In this document: in pieces, positions 1 to 7,406 of the stretch
Position numbering within the stretch: the stretch's first letter is position 1
Layout of the letters: each line of letters opens with the position of its first letter
DNA from: Minisyncoccota bacterium
Lineage (GTDB): Bacteria > Patescibacteriota > Minisyncoccia > 2-02-FULL-40-12 > GWA2-44-9
Assembly (NCBI GenBank): GCA_035620375.1
Contig: DASPGX010000015.1
Location: 1 to 58,941 of the forward strand
Direction: 5' to 3'
Length of the DNA: 58,941 bases
The notes under the pieces: model-generated
Databases searched by the model: none
What the model was told of the DNA's origin: nothing
Seen by the model: the letters and a program-made list of their open reading frames with translations, nothing else
Position numbers and translations under genes: made by a program

Positions 1-144
1 CCGAGTCCAAGGCGCAGCCGAGGACCGAACCGATGCGTACTGATGTACGGTGAGGGAGGACCGGAGGACGCAACGCGGGAATCGGGCAAGCCTGCAGGGT
101 AGAAAAGGGAACGCCCCACTTGATTGCGGGGCGCCCTTTTCTAC
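1..144 (+). ncRNA. Copy A (5' end cut by window edge) of the six-member structured small-RNA family
   Basis: Shares GUCCAAGGCG, GAGGACCGAACCGA, hairpin CGUAC-UGAU-GUACG, GAGGGAGGACCGGAGG, CAACGCGGGAAUCGGGCAAGCC with copies B-F. Ends in an A-tract/GC hairpin/U-tract stem (99-144), tail-to-tail with rpsI. Confidence 0.45.
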
Positions 145-158
145 GAGAGGCGTTATGG

Positions 159-716
159 CTAACGCTTGGACCAGCGAGGAGCTTTTCGTGCTTTCTTCAG
201 CCCATACTTCCGCCGTTCTTTCTTCCTCGGATCCCGCGTCAAATACCCCACCTTCTTCAATTTCTTCCTGAAATTCCCGTCAAAGCTCTCCAGCGCACGC
301 GCGATGCCGTGCCGGATGGCGTCGGCCTGTCCGGACGAGCCGCCGCCGGACACCTTCACGGTGACCTTGAAGCGGTGCAGGCTCTTGAGCTTGCGGAGCG
401 CGGATTCCACGACGGCGACCAGGTTCGCGTCGGTGAAGTACTCCTGGTAGTCCTTGCCGTTCACGGTCATGAGCGCGGAGTCCTCCTTGAGCTCGTCCCC
501 GCTCTTTCGGGTCATGAGGCGCACGCGTGCCACGGACCGCTTGCGGCGGCCGACGGCCTCAAAATATTTCTCCTTTGCGCCCGGAGCGAGCTCTTCGGGC
601 TCGTCCACGATTTCGGGGGTATCGTCGTCGTCATCCGCGGACGTGTCCGCAGCGCCGAACAGCACGTCCTGCGCGGGGTTGGTTTCCAGCTCCTGGTTGT
701 CGGTTGCTTTGGGCAT
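159..716 (-). CDS. rpsI: 30S ribosomal protein S9 with acidic N-terminal extension
   Basis: C-terminal GGGSSGQADAIRHGIARAL...YLTRDPRKKERRKYGLKKARKAPRWSKR is the S9 signature. Sits downstream of rplM. Confidence 0.95.
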   Translation of the reverse strand: MPKATDNQELETNPAQDVLFGAADTSADDDDDTPEIVDEPEELAPGAKEKYFEAVGRRKRSVARVRLMTRKSGDELKEDSALMTVNGKDYQEYFTDANLVAVVESALRKLKSLHRFKVTVKVSGGGSSGQADAIRHGIARALESFDGNFRKKLKKVGYLTRDPRKKERRKYGLKKARKAPRWSKR

Positions 717-815
717 TATATCGATAATGGTAATCAGATATTGGTAATTAGTGCCTTGTGGGCGCCTCCGGCGCCTTCATTGCGCCAATTTCCAATTTCC
801 GATTACTGATATCCA
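717..815 (-). repeat. Ribosomal-operon intergenic structured element, copy 1
   Basis: Fills the rplM-rpsI spacer. GC hairpin GGCGCC-GGA-GGCGCC (761-775) flanked by AUUGGCGCAA / ACAAGGCAC and complementary AU-rich heptad-like arms. Near-identical core at 1155-1257. Confidence 0.6.
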
Positions 816-1154
816 TTACTTGAAATTCAGGTTCTTGATGATGACGCTGCGGGTGCGGTTGTCCGGAAGCATGCCCATGACGCTCTTGCGGAACACCTCG
901 CGCGGGGACTTGGCCCATGCCTCCTCCAGCGTGCGGCTGTGCAGCCCGCCGGGATAGCCGGAATAGCGGTGGAACTTGACCGTCTGCATCTTGTTGCCGG
1001 TGAAGCGGACCTTCTCCAGGTTCTCCACGGTCACCTTCACGTCCGGGGTCTTGTGGGGCTCCCAGGTCGGCAGATGCTTGCCGCGCAGCAAGGTCGCCGT
1101 CTTGGCGGCCAGGCGTCCGAGTGACTGATTGGTTGCGTCCAGGGTGTATTCCAT
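816..1154 (-). CDS. rplM: 50S ribosomal protein L13 (short form, 112 aa)
   Basis: LGRLAAKTATLLRGKH...TGNK...HRYSGYPGG...MLP matches the L13 pattern. Conserved rplM-rpsI pairing. Confidence 0.93.
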   Translation of the reverse strand: MEYTLDATNQSLGRLAAKTATLLRGKHLPTWEPHKTPDVKVTVENLEKVRFTGNKMQTVKFHRYSGYPGGLHSRTLEEAWAKSPREVFRKSVMGMLPDNRTRSVIIKNLNFK

Positions 1155-1257
1155 GATGCGGATGATATCAGTAATCAGAGACTAGATATCAGCGCGTTGT
1201 GGGCGCCTCCGGCGCCTTCATTGCGCCAATCTCCAATTACCAATTTCCAATATCTCT
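1155..1257 (-). repeat. Ribosomal-operon intergenic structured element, copy 2
   Basis: Fills the rplQ-rplM spacer. Same core as copy 1 (hairpin 1202-1216). The 5' arm on the mRNA strand reads AUAUUGG AAAUUGG UAAUUGG AGAUUGG. Confidence 0.6.
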
Positions 1258-1605
1258 TCATGCTACGAATTCTATGACCGCCATCGGTGCGCCGTCCGAC
1301 GTCCGCCGGCCGAGCTTCACCACGCGGGTGTACCCGCCCTTGCGGTCGGCGAAGCGGGGGGCGATGTCCCCCATCAGCTTCGTGACGGCGGCGGGACCGA
1401 GCTTGGCGGAAAGGATGCGGCGTGCGGCGAGGTCGCCCTGCTTCGCGCGGGTGACCAGCTTCTCGGCGACGGGGCGGAGCGACTTGGCGCGCGCCTCCGT
1501 AGTGCGGATGCGGCCGTGCTCAATCAGACCGGTCGCGAGCGCCTTGAAGAACGCATTGCGCTGCGCCGATTCCCTGCCGAATTTTCGCTTATTGCCCCTG
1601 CGCAT
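1258..1605 (-). CDS. rplQ: 50S ribosomal protein L17
   Basis: MRRGNKRKFGRESAQRNAFFKALATGLIEHGRIRTTEARAK is a typical L17 N-terminus. Follows rpoA. Confidence 0.93.
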   Translation of the reverse strand: MRRGNKRKFGRESAQRNAFFKALATGLIEHGRIRTTEARAKSLRPVAEKLVTRAKQGDLAARRILSAKLGPAAVTKLMGDIAPRFADRKGGYTRVVKLGRRTSDGAPMAVIEFVA

Positions 1606-1689
1606 GATATCGGATAATGGATATTAGATATTGGTGCCTTGTTGTCGCCTCCGGCGACTACCTTGCGCCAATTTCTGATTTCTAATCTC
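1606..1689 (-). repeat. Ribosomal-operon intergenic structured element, copy 3 (divergent)
   Basis: Fills the rpoA-rplQ spacer. The hairpin is GUCGCC-GGA-GGCGAC (1644-1658), a double compensatory change relative to copies 1 and 2. The conserved flanks AUUGGCGCAA and ACAAGGCAC are retained. Confidence 0.55.
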
Positions 1690-2439
1690 TTACTCTTTCT
1701 TCTTTTTCGTCTTTTTCGCCGCGGTCTTCTTGGCCGCCGGCTTCTCCTTGGGTTCGGGGACCGGAACGGTCTGCACCATGGTGAAGTGGTCCGTCAGGAT
1801 GCGCGCGGCCTCCTTCACGGCGGCCTCGGGCTCCATGGAACCGTCCGTCTCCACCTCCATCACGATTTTGTTGTAGTCGATTCGGTCGCCGACGCGGACG
1901 TCCTCAATGGAGAAGTTCACCTTGCGGACGGGCGAGTAGATGGCGTCGATGGCGATGACGCCGATGGGGAGCTTGTCCCGCTGGCGGGCCTCCACGGCGA
2001 CGTAGCCGCGGCCCTTCTGGACCGTGATGTCCATCTCCACGCTCGCTTTCTTGTCGGACATCGTGAACAGGACCTGTTCGGGGTTGATGAGCTCCACGTC
2101 GCTCGTGAGCTTGATGTCGCCCGCGGTGACGGTCTTCTCGCCCTTCACGGACAGCGACAGCTCGACCGGGTCGTCGGTGTAGCCGGTGAAGCGGACCTTC
2201 TTGAGGTTCAGGATGACCTGGATGACGTCCTCCATGACCCCCGGGATGCTGGAGAATTCGTGGTCCACGCCCTTGATTTTGATGGACGTGATTGCCGTGC
2301 CCTGCAGGGACGACAGAAGCACCCGGCGGAGCGGGTTGGCGATGGTCGCCCCGAAACCCGGCATCAGCGGGCCGATTTCCACGACGGCCTTGTTGCCGTC
2401 CTTACTTGCTACGTTCACTTGTTCCGGTATCTCCAACAT
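1690..2439 (-). CDS. rpoA: DNA-directed RNA polymerase alpha subunit, N-terminal domain only, with Lys-rich tail
   Basis: GPLMPGFGATIANPLRRVLLSSLQG and the dimerisation/assembly domain are present. The ORF stops at 249 aa with PEPKEKPAAKKTAAKKTKKKKE, and no alpha-CTD follows. Confidence 0.9.
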   Translation of the reverse strand: MLEIPEQVNVASKDGNKAVVEIGPLMPGFGATIANPLRRVLLSSLQGTAITSIKIKGVDHEFSSIPGVMEDVIQVILNLKKVRFTGYTDDPVELSLSVKGEKTVTAGDIKLTSDVELINPEQVLFTMSDKKASVEMDITVQKGRGYVAVEARQRDKLPIGVIAIDAIYSPVRKVNFSIEDVRVGDRIDYNKIVMEVETDGSMEPEAAVKEAARILTDHFTMVQTVPVPEPKEKPAAKKTAAKKTKKKKE

Positions 2440-2539
2440 ACTGTTTTTGGCCGTTGCGGGGTGTCGGTGCCAGGGGTAGGAGGTTACAGGTCTGTGGCTG
2501 GCTGCCGCGCCGCCCGTTCGGGCCGGTTAATTGCGATGG

Positions 2540-3178
2540 TTAACGGGAATACAACTCGATGATTGCCTGGATGTCCCCCGTCTGCAGTCCGCCGTCCGTG
2601 GCCGTGGGGACTCCCTTTACGGTGGCCGCGGTGCCGTCCTTGTCCAGCGCCATCCATGCCGGTCCTTCGTGCTTGGCGTACCAGGTCGGCATCAGCGTGG
2701 AGAAATACGGCAGGGCGCGGGACTGCGTCCGGATTCCGATGACGTCCCCGACGCGGACCTTCGCGGACGCCACGGACAGCCGCTTGCCGTTCACCGTGAT
2801 GTGGCCGTGGTTCACCAGCTGGCGGGCCTGGTCGCGTGTCTGCGCGAAGCCGGCGCGGAAGACGGCGTTGTCCAGCCGCAGCTCCAGCGCGCGCACGACG
2901 TCGTCGTACGGGGTGGTGCCGCGGGCCAGCGCGCCTTTGACCGTCTGCTTGAACTGCTTCTCCATCAGGCGGTAGGTGTTGCGCACCTTCTGCTTGCTCT
3001 GCAGCTGCTGGGCGTATTCCGAAGGCCGGCGGGGACGCCGCGTGGGACCGTGCACGCCCGGCGGGTACGGCCGGCGGGTCAGCGCATGCTTGGGCGACAT
3101 GTTGCGCTCGCCCTTAAGACCCAGGCGCTCGCCCAGTCTCCGTTCAATCTTCTCTTTTGGTCCACGATATCGTCCCAT
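2540..3178 (-). CDS. rpsD: 30S ribosomal protein S4
   Basis: MGRYRGPKEKIERRLGE...YRLMEKQF...S4 RNA-binding domain LDNAVFRAGFAQTRDQARQLVNHGHITVNG. Confidence 0.95.
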   Translation of the reverse strand: MGRYRGPKEKIERRLGERLGLKGERNMSPKHALTRRPYPPGVHGPTRRPRRPSEYAQQLQSKQKVRNTYRLMEKQFKQTVKGALARGTTPYDDVVRALELRLDNAVFRAGFAQTRDQARQLVNHGHITVNGKRLSVASAKVRVGDVIGIRTQSRALPYFSTLMPTWYAKHEGPAWMALDKDGTAATVKGVPTATDGGLQTGDIQAIIELYSR

Positions 3179-3270
3179 GTTCGGAAGTGTGTAGTGAATA
3201 GCGGGTAGCGAGTAGTGATTGAATCAGATGCTCATTCCATCACTATTGGCCGCCAACTATTCGCCGTTCG

Positions 3271-3705
3271 TTATACTCGTCTCGGTTTCTTTGACTTTAC
3301 GCCGTTGTGCGGCACGGGGGTCGCATCCATCAGCGAGGTGATGTTCAGGCCGGTTCCCGCGACGCCGCGCACCGCGCTCTCACGGGCGGGACCGACTCCT
3401 TTCACGATGATGCGGGCGTTGGTGAGGCCGAACCGGCGCGCCTTGTCCACGGCGTCCTTGGCGACCAGGTTGGCGGCGTAGGGGGTGGACTTCTTCGTGC
3501 CGCGGAATCCCAGCAGTCCGGACGAGGAGAACGCGATGATGTTCCCGCCAAGGTCCGAGACCGCGATGAGCGTGTTGTTGTACGAAATGTTGATGTGCAC
3601 GACGCCGTTGAGCACCTGCTTCTTGGACGAGCGCTTCGCGGGAGCCGAAGCCGCCGTTTCGGATACGGCGTCTCCTTCTTTCGTGATTATGCGCTTCTTA
3701 CCCAT
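3271..3705 (-). CDS. rpsK: 30S ribosomal protein S11
   Basis: VHINISYNNTLIAVSD..GN...SSG..GFRGTKKSTPYAA...IVKGVGPARESAVRG...TPVPHNG..KKPRRV. Confidence 0.95.
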   Translation of the reverse strand: MGKKRIITKEGDAVSETAASAPAKRSSKKQVLNGVVHINISYNNTLIAVSDLGGNIIAFSSSGLLGFRGTKKSTPYAANLVAKDAVDKARRFGLTNARIIVKGVGPARESAVRGVAGTGLNITSLMDATPVPHNGVKSKKPRRV

Positions 3706-3720
3706 GGTTCAAATGGTGCA

Positions 3721-4107
3721 TCATGTCTTCTCCGCTGCCTTGGCGCGGCCGGAACCCATCGTGCGGCGGACGTTGCCCCGCGTGGTACGGCTGTTCGTCT
3801 TCGTGCGTCCGCGGATAGGCAGGCGCCGCGCAAGACGGTTGCCGTGCCAGGTTCCGATTTCCTTGTACCGCTTCTGGTTCTGCGCGACTTCCTTGCGCAG
3901 GTCGCCCTCGATGCGGTGGGTCTTTTCGATGACCTTCTGGATTTTCCCGATTTCCTCCGCGGTCAGTTTCTCCGCACGCTTGGCAGGGTCGATGCCGGCC
4001 GTCTTCAGGATGAGTCCCGCGGACGCCGGACCGATGCCGTACAGATACGGCAACGAATACAGAATCTTCTTCTTGTCGGGGATGGTTACGCCGAAAATAC
4101 GGGGCAT
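3721..4107 (-). CDS. rpsM: 30S ribosomal protein S13
   Basis: Internal start MPRIFGVTIPDKKKILYSLPYLYGIGPASA is the S13 N-terminus. The longer tracked ORF (to 4191) would overlap rpmJ. Confidence 0.93.
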   Translation of the reverse strand: MPRIFGVTIPDKKKILYSLPYLYGIGPASAGLILKTAGIDPAKRAEKLTAEEIGKIQKVIEKTHRIEGDLRKEVAQNQKRYKEIGTWHGNRLARRLPIRGRTKTNSRTTRGNVRRTMGSGRAKAAEKT

Positions 4108-4123
4108 GGAAGTATGGTATGGA

Positions 4124-4237
4124 TTAGCCCTGCCGCTGCTTGTGCTTGGCAATCTTGCAGATGCAATACAGGCGCTTCTTGCGCCGTACAATCTTGCAGT
4201 TCTTGCACATGGGTTTTACCGAAGCACGGACTTTCAC
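4124..4237 (-). CDS. rpmJ: 50S ribosomal protein L36 (37 aa, GTG start; below ORF-track cutoff)
   Basis: Hand translation gives (M)[36 protein letters not shown] with the C-x2-C...C-x-C zinc ribbon. Lies in the canonical infA-rpmJ-rpsM position. Confidence 0.85.
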   Translation of the reverse strand: MKVRASVKPMCKNCKIVRRKKRLYCICKIAKHKQRQG

Positions 4238-4240
4238 GGC

Positions 4241-4453
4241 TTAGTGCCGGTATACGATCCGTCCGCGGGTGCCGTCCGGAGAGAGCTCCAACGAGACCTT
4301 GTCCCCCATCATCACCTTCACATAGTGAAGGCGCATGCGACCCGCCAGATAAGCCAGAACGACGCGACCGTCGTCCAACTCAACCCGGAACGTCGTATCG
4401 GGGAGCGCTTCGATGACCGTACCGACTATTTTTTCCTTGGATTTCGGTTCCAA
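4241..4453 (-). CDS. infA: Translation initiation factor IF-1 (apparent TTG start)
   Basis: [59 protein letters not shown] is the S1-like OB fold of IF-1. Confidence 0.9.
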   Translation of the reverse strand: MEPKSKEKIVGTVIEALPDTTFRVELDDGRVVLAYLAGRMRLHYVKVMMGDKVSLELSPDGTRGRIVYRH

Positions 4454-4498
4454 GATAATGCAATGCGCCTTGCGGAATGAGTCCGCAAAAGCCTGACA

Positions 4499-4528
4499 AT
4501 ACTAACAAAAAAGGACCCCCGCCGTCAA
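4499..4528 (-). promoter_or_regulatory. Sigma70-like promoter candidate for the infA operon
   Basis: On the minus strand TTGACG-N18-TAGTAT. It is followed by a 5' UTR hairpin UUGCGGA...UCCGCAA (4470-4488) before the start codon. Confidence 0.4.
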
Positions 4529-4571
4529 TACCCCCTTCTGGAGGGGCTTTGCCCCTTCCAGCGCTACGAAA

Positions 4572-4765
4572 CTGCAAACCGCCCCCCGTAGGGGGCGGTT
4601 CTGGTTTCTGGGCTGCCTCCCCACCTGTCACGGGTAAGGAAAGCGGCTCCCGCCCCAACGATTCCCGTGCCAGGGAACATGGGGTCGTTCGCTCCCGATT
4701 CCGCCGTTACCCCGCCGGCCACCCGAGGTCACGGGCCCCACGGCGGAATCGGGAGACTCCGACGA
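4572..4765 (-). ncRNA. Candidate structured RNA between palindrome H1 and an intrinsic terminator, upstream of infA
   Basis: Perfect 15-bp inverted repeat CTCCCGATTCCGCCG/CGGCGGAATCGGGAG (4692-4706 / 4741-4755). A second hairpin contains CACGGGAAUCG. Terminator CCGCCCCC-UAC-GGGGGGCGG plus UUUGCAGUUU lies at 4565-4598. No credible ORF. Confidence 0.35.
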
Positions 4766-4771
4766 AATATC

Positions 4772-4796
4772 TAACGGCTCACGATGTGAGCCGTTA
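4772..4796. repeat. Conserved palindrome H1 (AACGGCTCAC-GAT-GTGAGCCGTT)
   Basis: One of five copies with identical arms (also 11460, 38640, 48364, 54694). Confidence 0.75.
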
Positions 4797-4818
4797 GAGG
4801 AGAATCTGTGACGACAGA

Positions 4819-6966
4819 TTAAGGCGTAATAGGGTCCGTGAACTGGATGTCCACCGTAATCCGCGAAGCGTCCTTGGGGACCGAACGGACCCAGATGGGC
4901 GAGAGGACGACCGTGGAGGAACGGACGTTTTCCGCGGATTTGAAGTAGTCGCGTACCGCGGTCTTGGACAGGCCCTGAATGTCGGCGATGACCTCCTCGG
5001 TGCTTACGGGGACGAATCCCTTGCCCAGGACGGTGACGTCAAAGGCGAGGATGGCGCGGTCCTCAACGAACCGGACATTGTCGTACTGAACAGTCAGAAG
5101 GTCAGGCACGACGGAGAGCTGCCAGCTGCGGCGCGTGTAGTCGTCCAGCAGGGTGAAGAGGTCGGACTCGCGGAATCCCACGGTCGTCAGCTTGCCCGTC
5201 GCCGTGACGCGGAACGTGTCGCCCGCATCGTCCACGGCGTGCGTGGCCGCGAGGTCCTCAATGACGATTTCCGCGTCGTTGACGAGCTTGAGGCCCGAGG
5301 CCTGCGCCTCGAACGCCTGGCGCACCTGGGAGGTGAGCTCCTCCCGCACGGCGGCGGTCGCGTTGTCCAGATCCTCCTGCGTGACGACCTTCGCCAGGCC
5401 GAGCGCCCCGCCGACGAACGTCTGGACCGAGTCGCCGGTGATGCCCTCAAAGCGCTCCGTGTCGCCCTGCTCGCGGAAGGCGGCGACGACGAAGTCCGTG
5501 CCTTCAATGTTGTATTCGGCGCCCGGCTTGTCCGCGATGACGTCCACGGTCACCGTTCCCGGGGCGTCGCCGGAGGCGGCGGGCACGGTCACCGTCTGCA
5601 GAGTGCGGAAAATGAGACCGCCGGAACTCTCAAAGCGCGTGGTCGCGATGAGCGTCTGCGGGAAATTCAGGGTGCTGGAGATGGTGATTTTGCCCTTCGC
5701 TTTGGCGGCGACCTCCTCGGAACCGGTCGCGGGAAATTCGCGGTCCGCCTCCCGTTCAATTTCAAACAACTGCCCCGGAATCTTATTGAACAGCGAATCC
5801 ACGCTGCCGAACGCGTCCGAGGTCTGCACGCTAATCTGGAACTCCAGGTCGCGCGAGACGGGAACGATGGTCACCGCGGCTTTGCCGAGGTTGAGCACCA
5901 TGAACGCCCCGCCGATGAGCACCACCGCCGCCACGGCGCCGGATACGGCGTTGCGCATGCGGTGACTGCCGCCTCCCGGCTTACGCGCGGCGCCGCCCGG
6001 TTCCTTGGACTGCCCGCTGCCGAACCAAGTGCGCCAACCCTTGGGCTTTGCCGCGGGCGTCTGCCTGGAGCCGTTGACGCGGTCGCGCCAGACGGCGTCG
6101 ATGTAATCCAAATCGCCGTCCTCATCGGTCTGCGGGGCCTCCTTGCCCGCCTGCGCCGGCCGCGGCGCGGTCTTGGATGACACGGCCTCGTTCAGGATTT
6201 CCTCAAAGCTCGGCTCGGCGTCATCTTCGGATTCCGGGACGGGCGTCGCCTTGACGCCGACCTTCATCGGACGCTCCGTGCGGCCTTTTACGCTCACGCC
6301 GGTTCCCTTCTCGGGAGAACGCACGGCGTCCAGGGGGCGGATAACCTTCGCGGCGGCGAGCGTCGCGACGACCCCGGAACCCTTTTTGATGATGAGGTTG
6401 CCTTCGGCGTCGTACAGGTCCATGTCGTTCGGTCCGTACCGCTGCCGGGTTTGGGAATAGTCCTCGTCTTCAAGATCGGGCTCGTCTTCGTCCCCGTCCG
6501 CCGCCGGTTTACCGGCCTTGGGCGCTTCCTCGTCCTCCTCCACGTGGTAGCCTTCCATCTCCTCTTCTTCGCCGGTGTCCGTGATTTCGTCCTTTTCGCC
6601 GCCGGGAACCGCGACGTCGTCGTCAAAAGCGTCCGTGTTGGGGTCGCGGACTTCCTCGTCTTCGTCGTTATAGTCGTCGGTGAGCGCGGCGGCGGTCTTC
6701 GTCGAGGGCCTGGACTTGGTGATGACGGTGAAGCCGTACTTGCGCGCCCAGTCGTTCACGTCGGCGTTGGCGCAGAGGATGGAGACGTTCCGGTTGGCGC
6801 GCTTGGACTCGCTCGCGAACGCGGCGAAGTGGTCCTCCCGGCGGAAAACGGCGGAGCGCTTGGGCAGGACGAATACGACGTCCTCGGCGTCCGTCTTGCG
6901 GAAGAGGTCCAGGATATCCTTGAACGAGTCGTCCCTGAGGACGTTGATGATTTTAGTCCCTGCCAT
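4819..6966 (-). CDS. Hypothetical membrane-anchored protein: small N-terminal domain, long acidic disordered linker, one TM helix, large extracytoplasmic beta-rich domain
   Basis: 715-aa ORF. D/E-rich region, hydrophobic segment AVSGAVAAVVLIGGAFMVLNLG, then a domain I cannot assign to a family. Confidence 0.75.
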   Translation of the reverse strand: MAGTKIINVLRDDSFKDILDLFRKTDAEDVVFVLPKRSAVFRREDHFAAFASESKRANRNVSILCANADVNDWARKYGFTVITKSRPSTKTAAALTDDYNDEDEEVRDPNTDAFDDDVAVPGGEKDEITDTGEEEEMEGYHVEEDEEAPKAGKPAADGDEDEPDLEDEDYSQTRQRYGPNDMDLYDAEGNLIIKKGSGVVATLAAAKVIRPLDAVRSPEKGTGVSVKGRTERPMKVGVKATPVPESEDDAEPSFEEILNEAVSSKTAPRPAQAGKEAPQTDEDGDLDYIDAVWRDRVNGSRQTPAAKPKGWRTWFGSGQSKEPGGAARKPGGGSHRMRNAVSGAVAAVVLIGGAFMVLNLGKAAVTIVPVSRDLEFQISVQTSDAFGSVDSLFNKIPGQLFEIEREADREFPATGSEEVAAKAKGKITISSTLNFPQTLIATTRFESSGGLIFRTLQTVTVPAASGDAPGTVTVDVIADKPGAEYNIEGTDFVVAAFREQGDTERFEGITGDSVQTFVGGALGLAKVVTQEDLDNATAAVREELTSQVRQAFEAQASGLKLVNDAEIVIEDLAATHAVDDAGDTFRVTATGKLTTVGFRESDLFTLLDDYTRRSWQLSVVPDLLTVQYDNVRFVEDRAILAFDVTVLGKGFVPVSTEEVIADIQGLSKTAVRDYFKSAENVRSSTVVLSPIWVRSVPKDASRITVDIQFTDPITP

Positions 6967-7127
6967 TATGCGGATTCAGTATATCCCAAGGAGTGGTAGC
7001 CCTACAATGGAAAATGTGGACGTTCTGGGGATATTTGAGTGGTATTAAGGTTTATGGTATAATAGTATGGTTGGCCGCCTGACCTCTTTCAGGCGAGCCT
7101 CGCTCTTTCGGGAGCAGGAGGTTTCAC

Positions 7128-7331
7128 ATGTACGAGAACCCATGGTTCCTCGGAGTCCTGGCCTTCGTGCTGACGGCGGGGTTGGCCGCGGGGACGTACC
7201 GCGTGGTCCGGCCCCGCCTGGCGCGGTGGCGCGTACAGCGTCAGCTGCCGGCCCTCGCCGCACAGGCGCGCCTGAACGTCGCCCACCTGGGCACCTGGGA
7301 CCCCCGCTACCAGCGGCCCAAAGGTCTTTAG
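7128..7331 (+). CDS. Small single-pass membrane protein (67 aa), hypothetical
   Basis: Strong SD AGGAGG 7 nt upstream of the ATG. TM helix WFLGVLAFVLTAGLAAGTY. Followed by hairpins. Confidence 0.5.
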   Translation: MYENPWFLGVLAFVLTAGLAAGTYRVVRPRLARWRVQRQLPALAAQARLNVAHLGTWDPRYQRPKGL

Positions 7332-7361
7332 CCCGCCCGACGGGCTGACCCGCAGACGCAC

Positions 7362-7403
7362 CGGCCCCGGCACCGTCCTCTTCGGAGGATGGTGCCGGGG
7401 CCG
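7362..7403. terminator. Bidirectional GC-rich hairpin between convergent genes
   Basis: CGGCCCCGGCACCGUCCUC-UUCG-GAGGAUGGUGCCGGGGCCG, located between the stops at 7331 (+) and 7407 (-). Confidence 0.6.
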
Positions 7404-7406
7404 TAC

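Noticed and set aside
4480-4800. RNase P RNA on the plus strand (GGUAAGGAAAGCGGCUCCC resembles GAGGAAAGUCCGGGCUCC).
   Set aside because: The other universally conserved RNase P blocks (P4 3' strand ACAGAA..., J11/12, GGUAA loops) are not present. The terminator and palindrome geometry favour a minus-strand unit.
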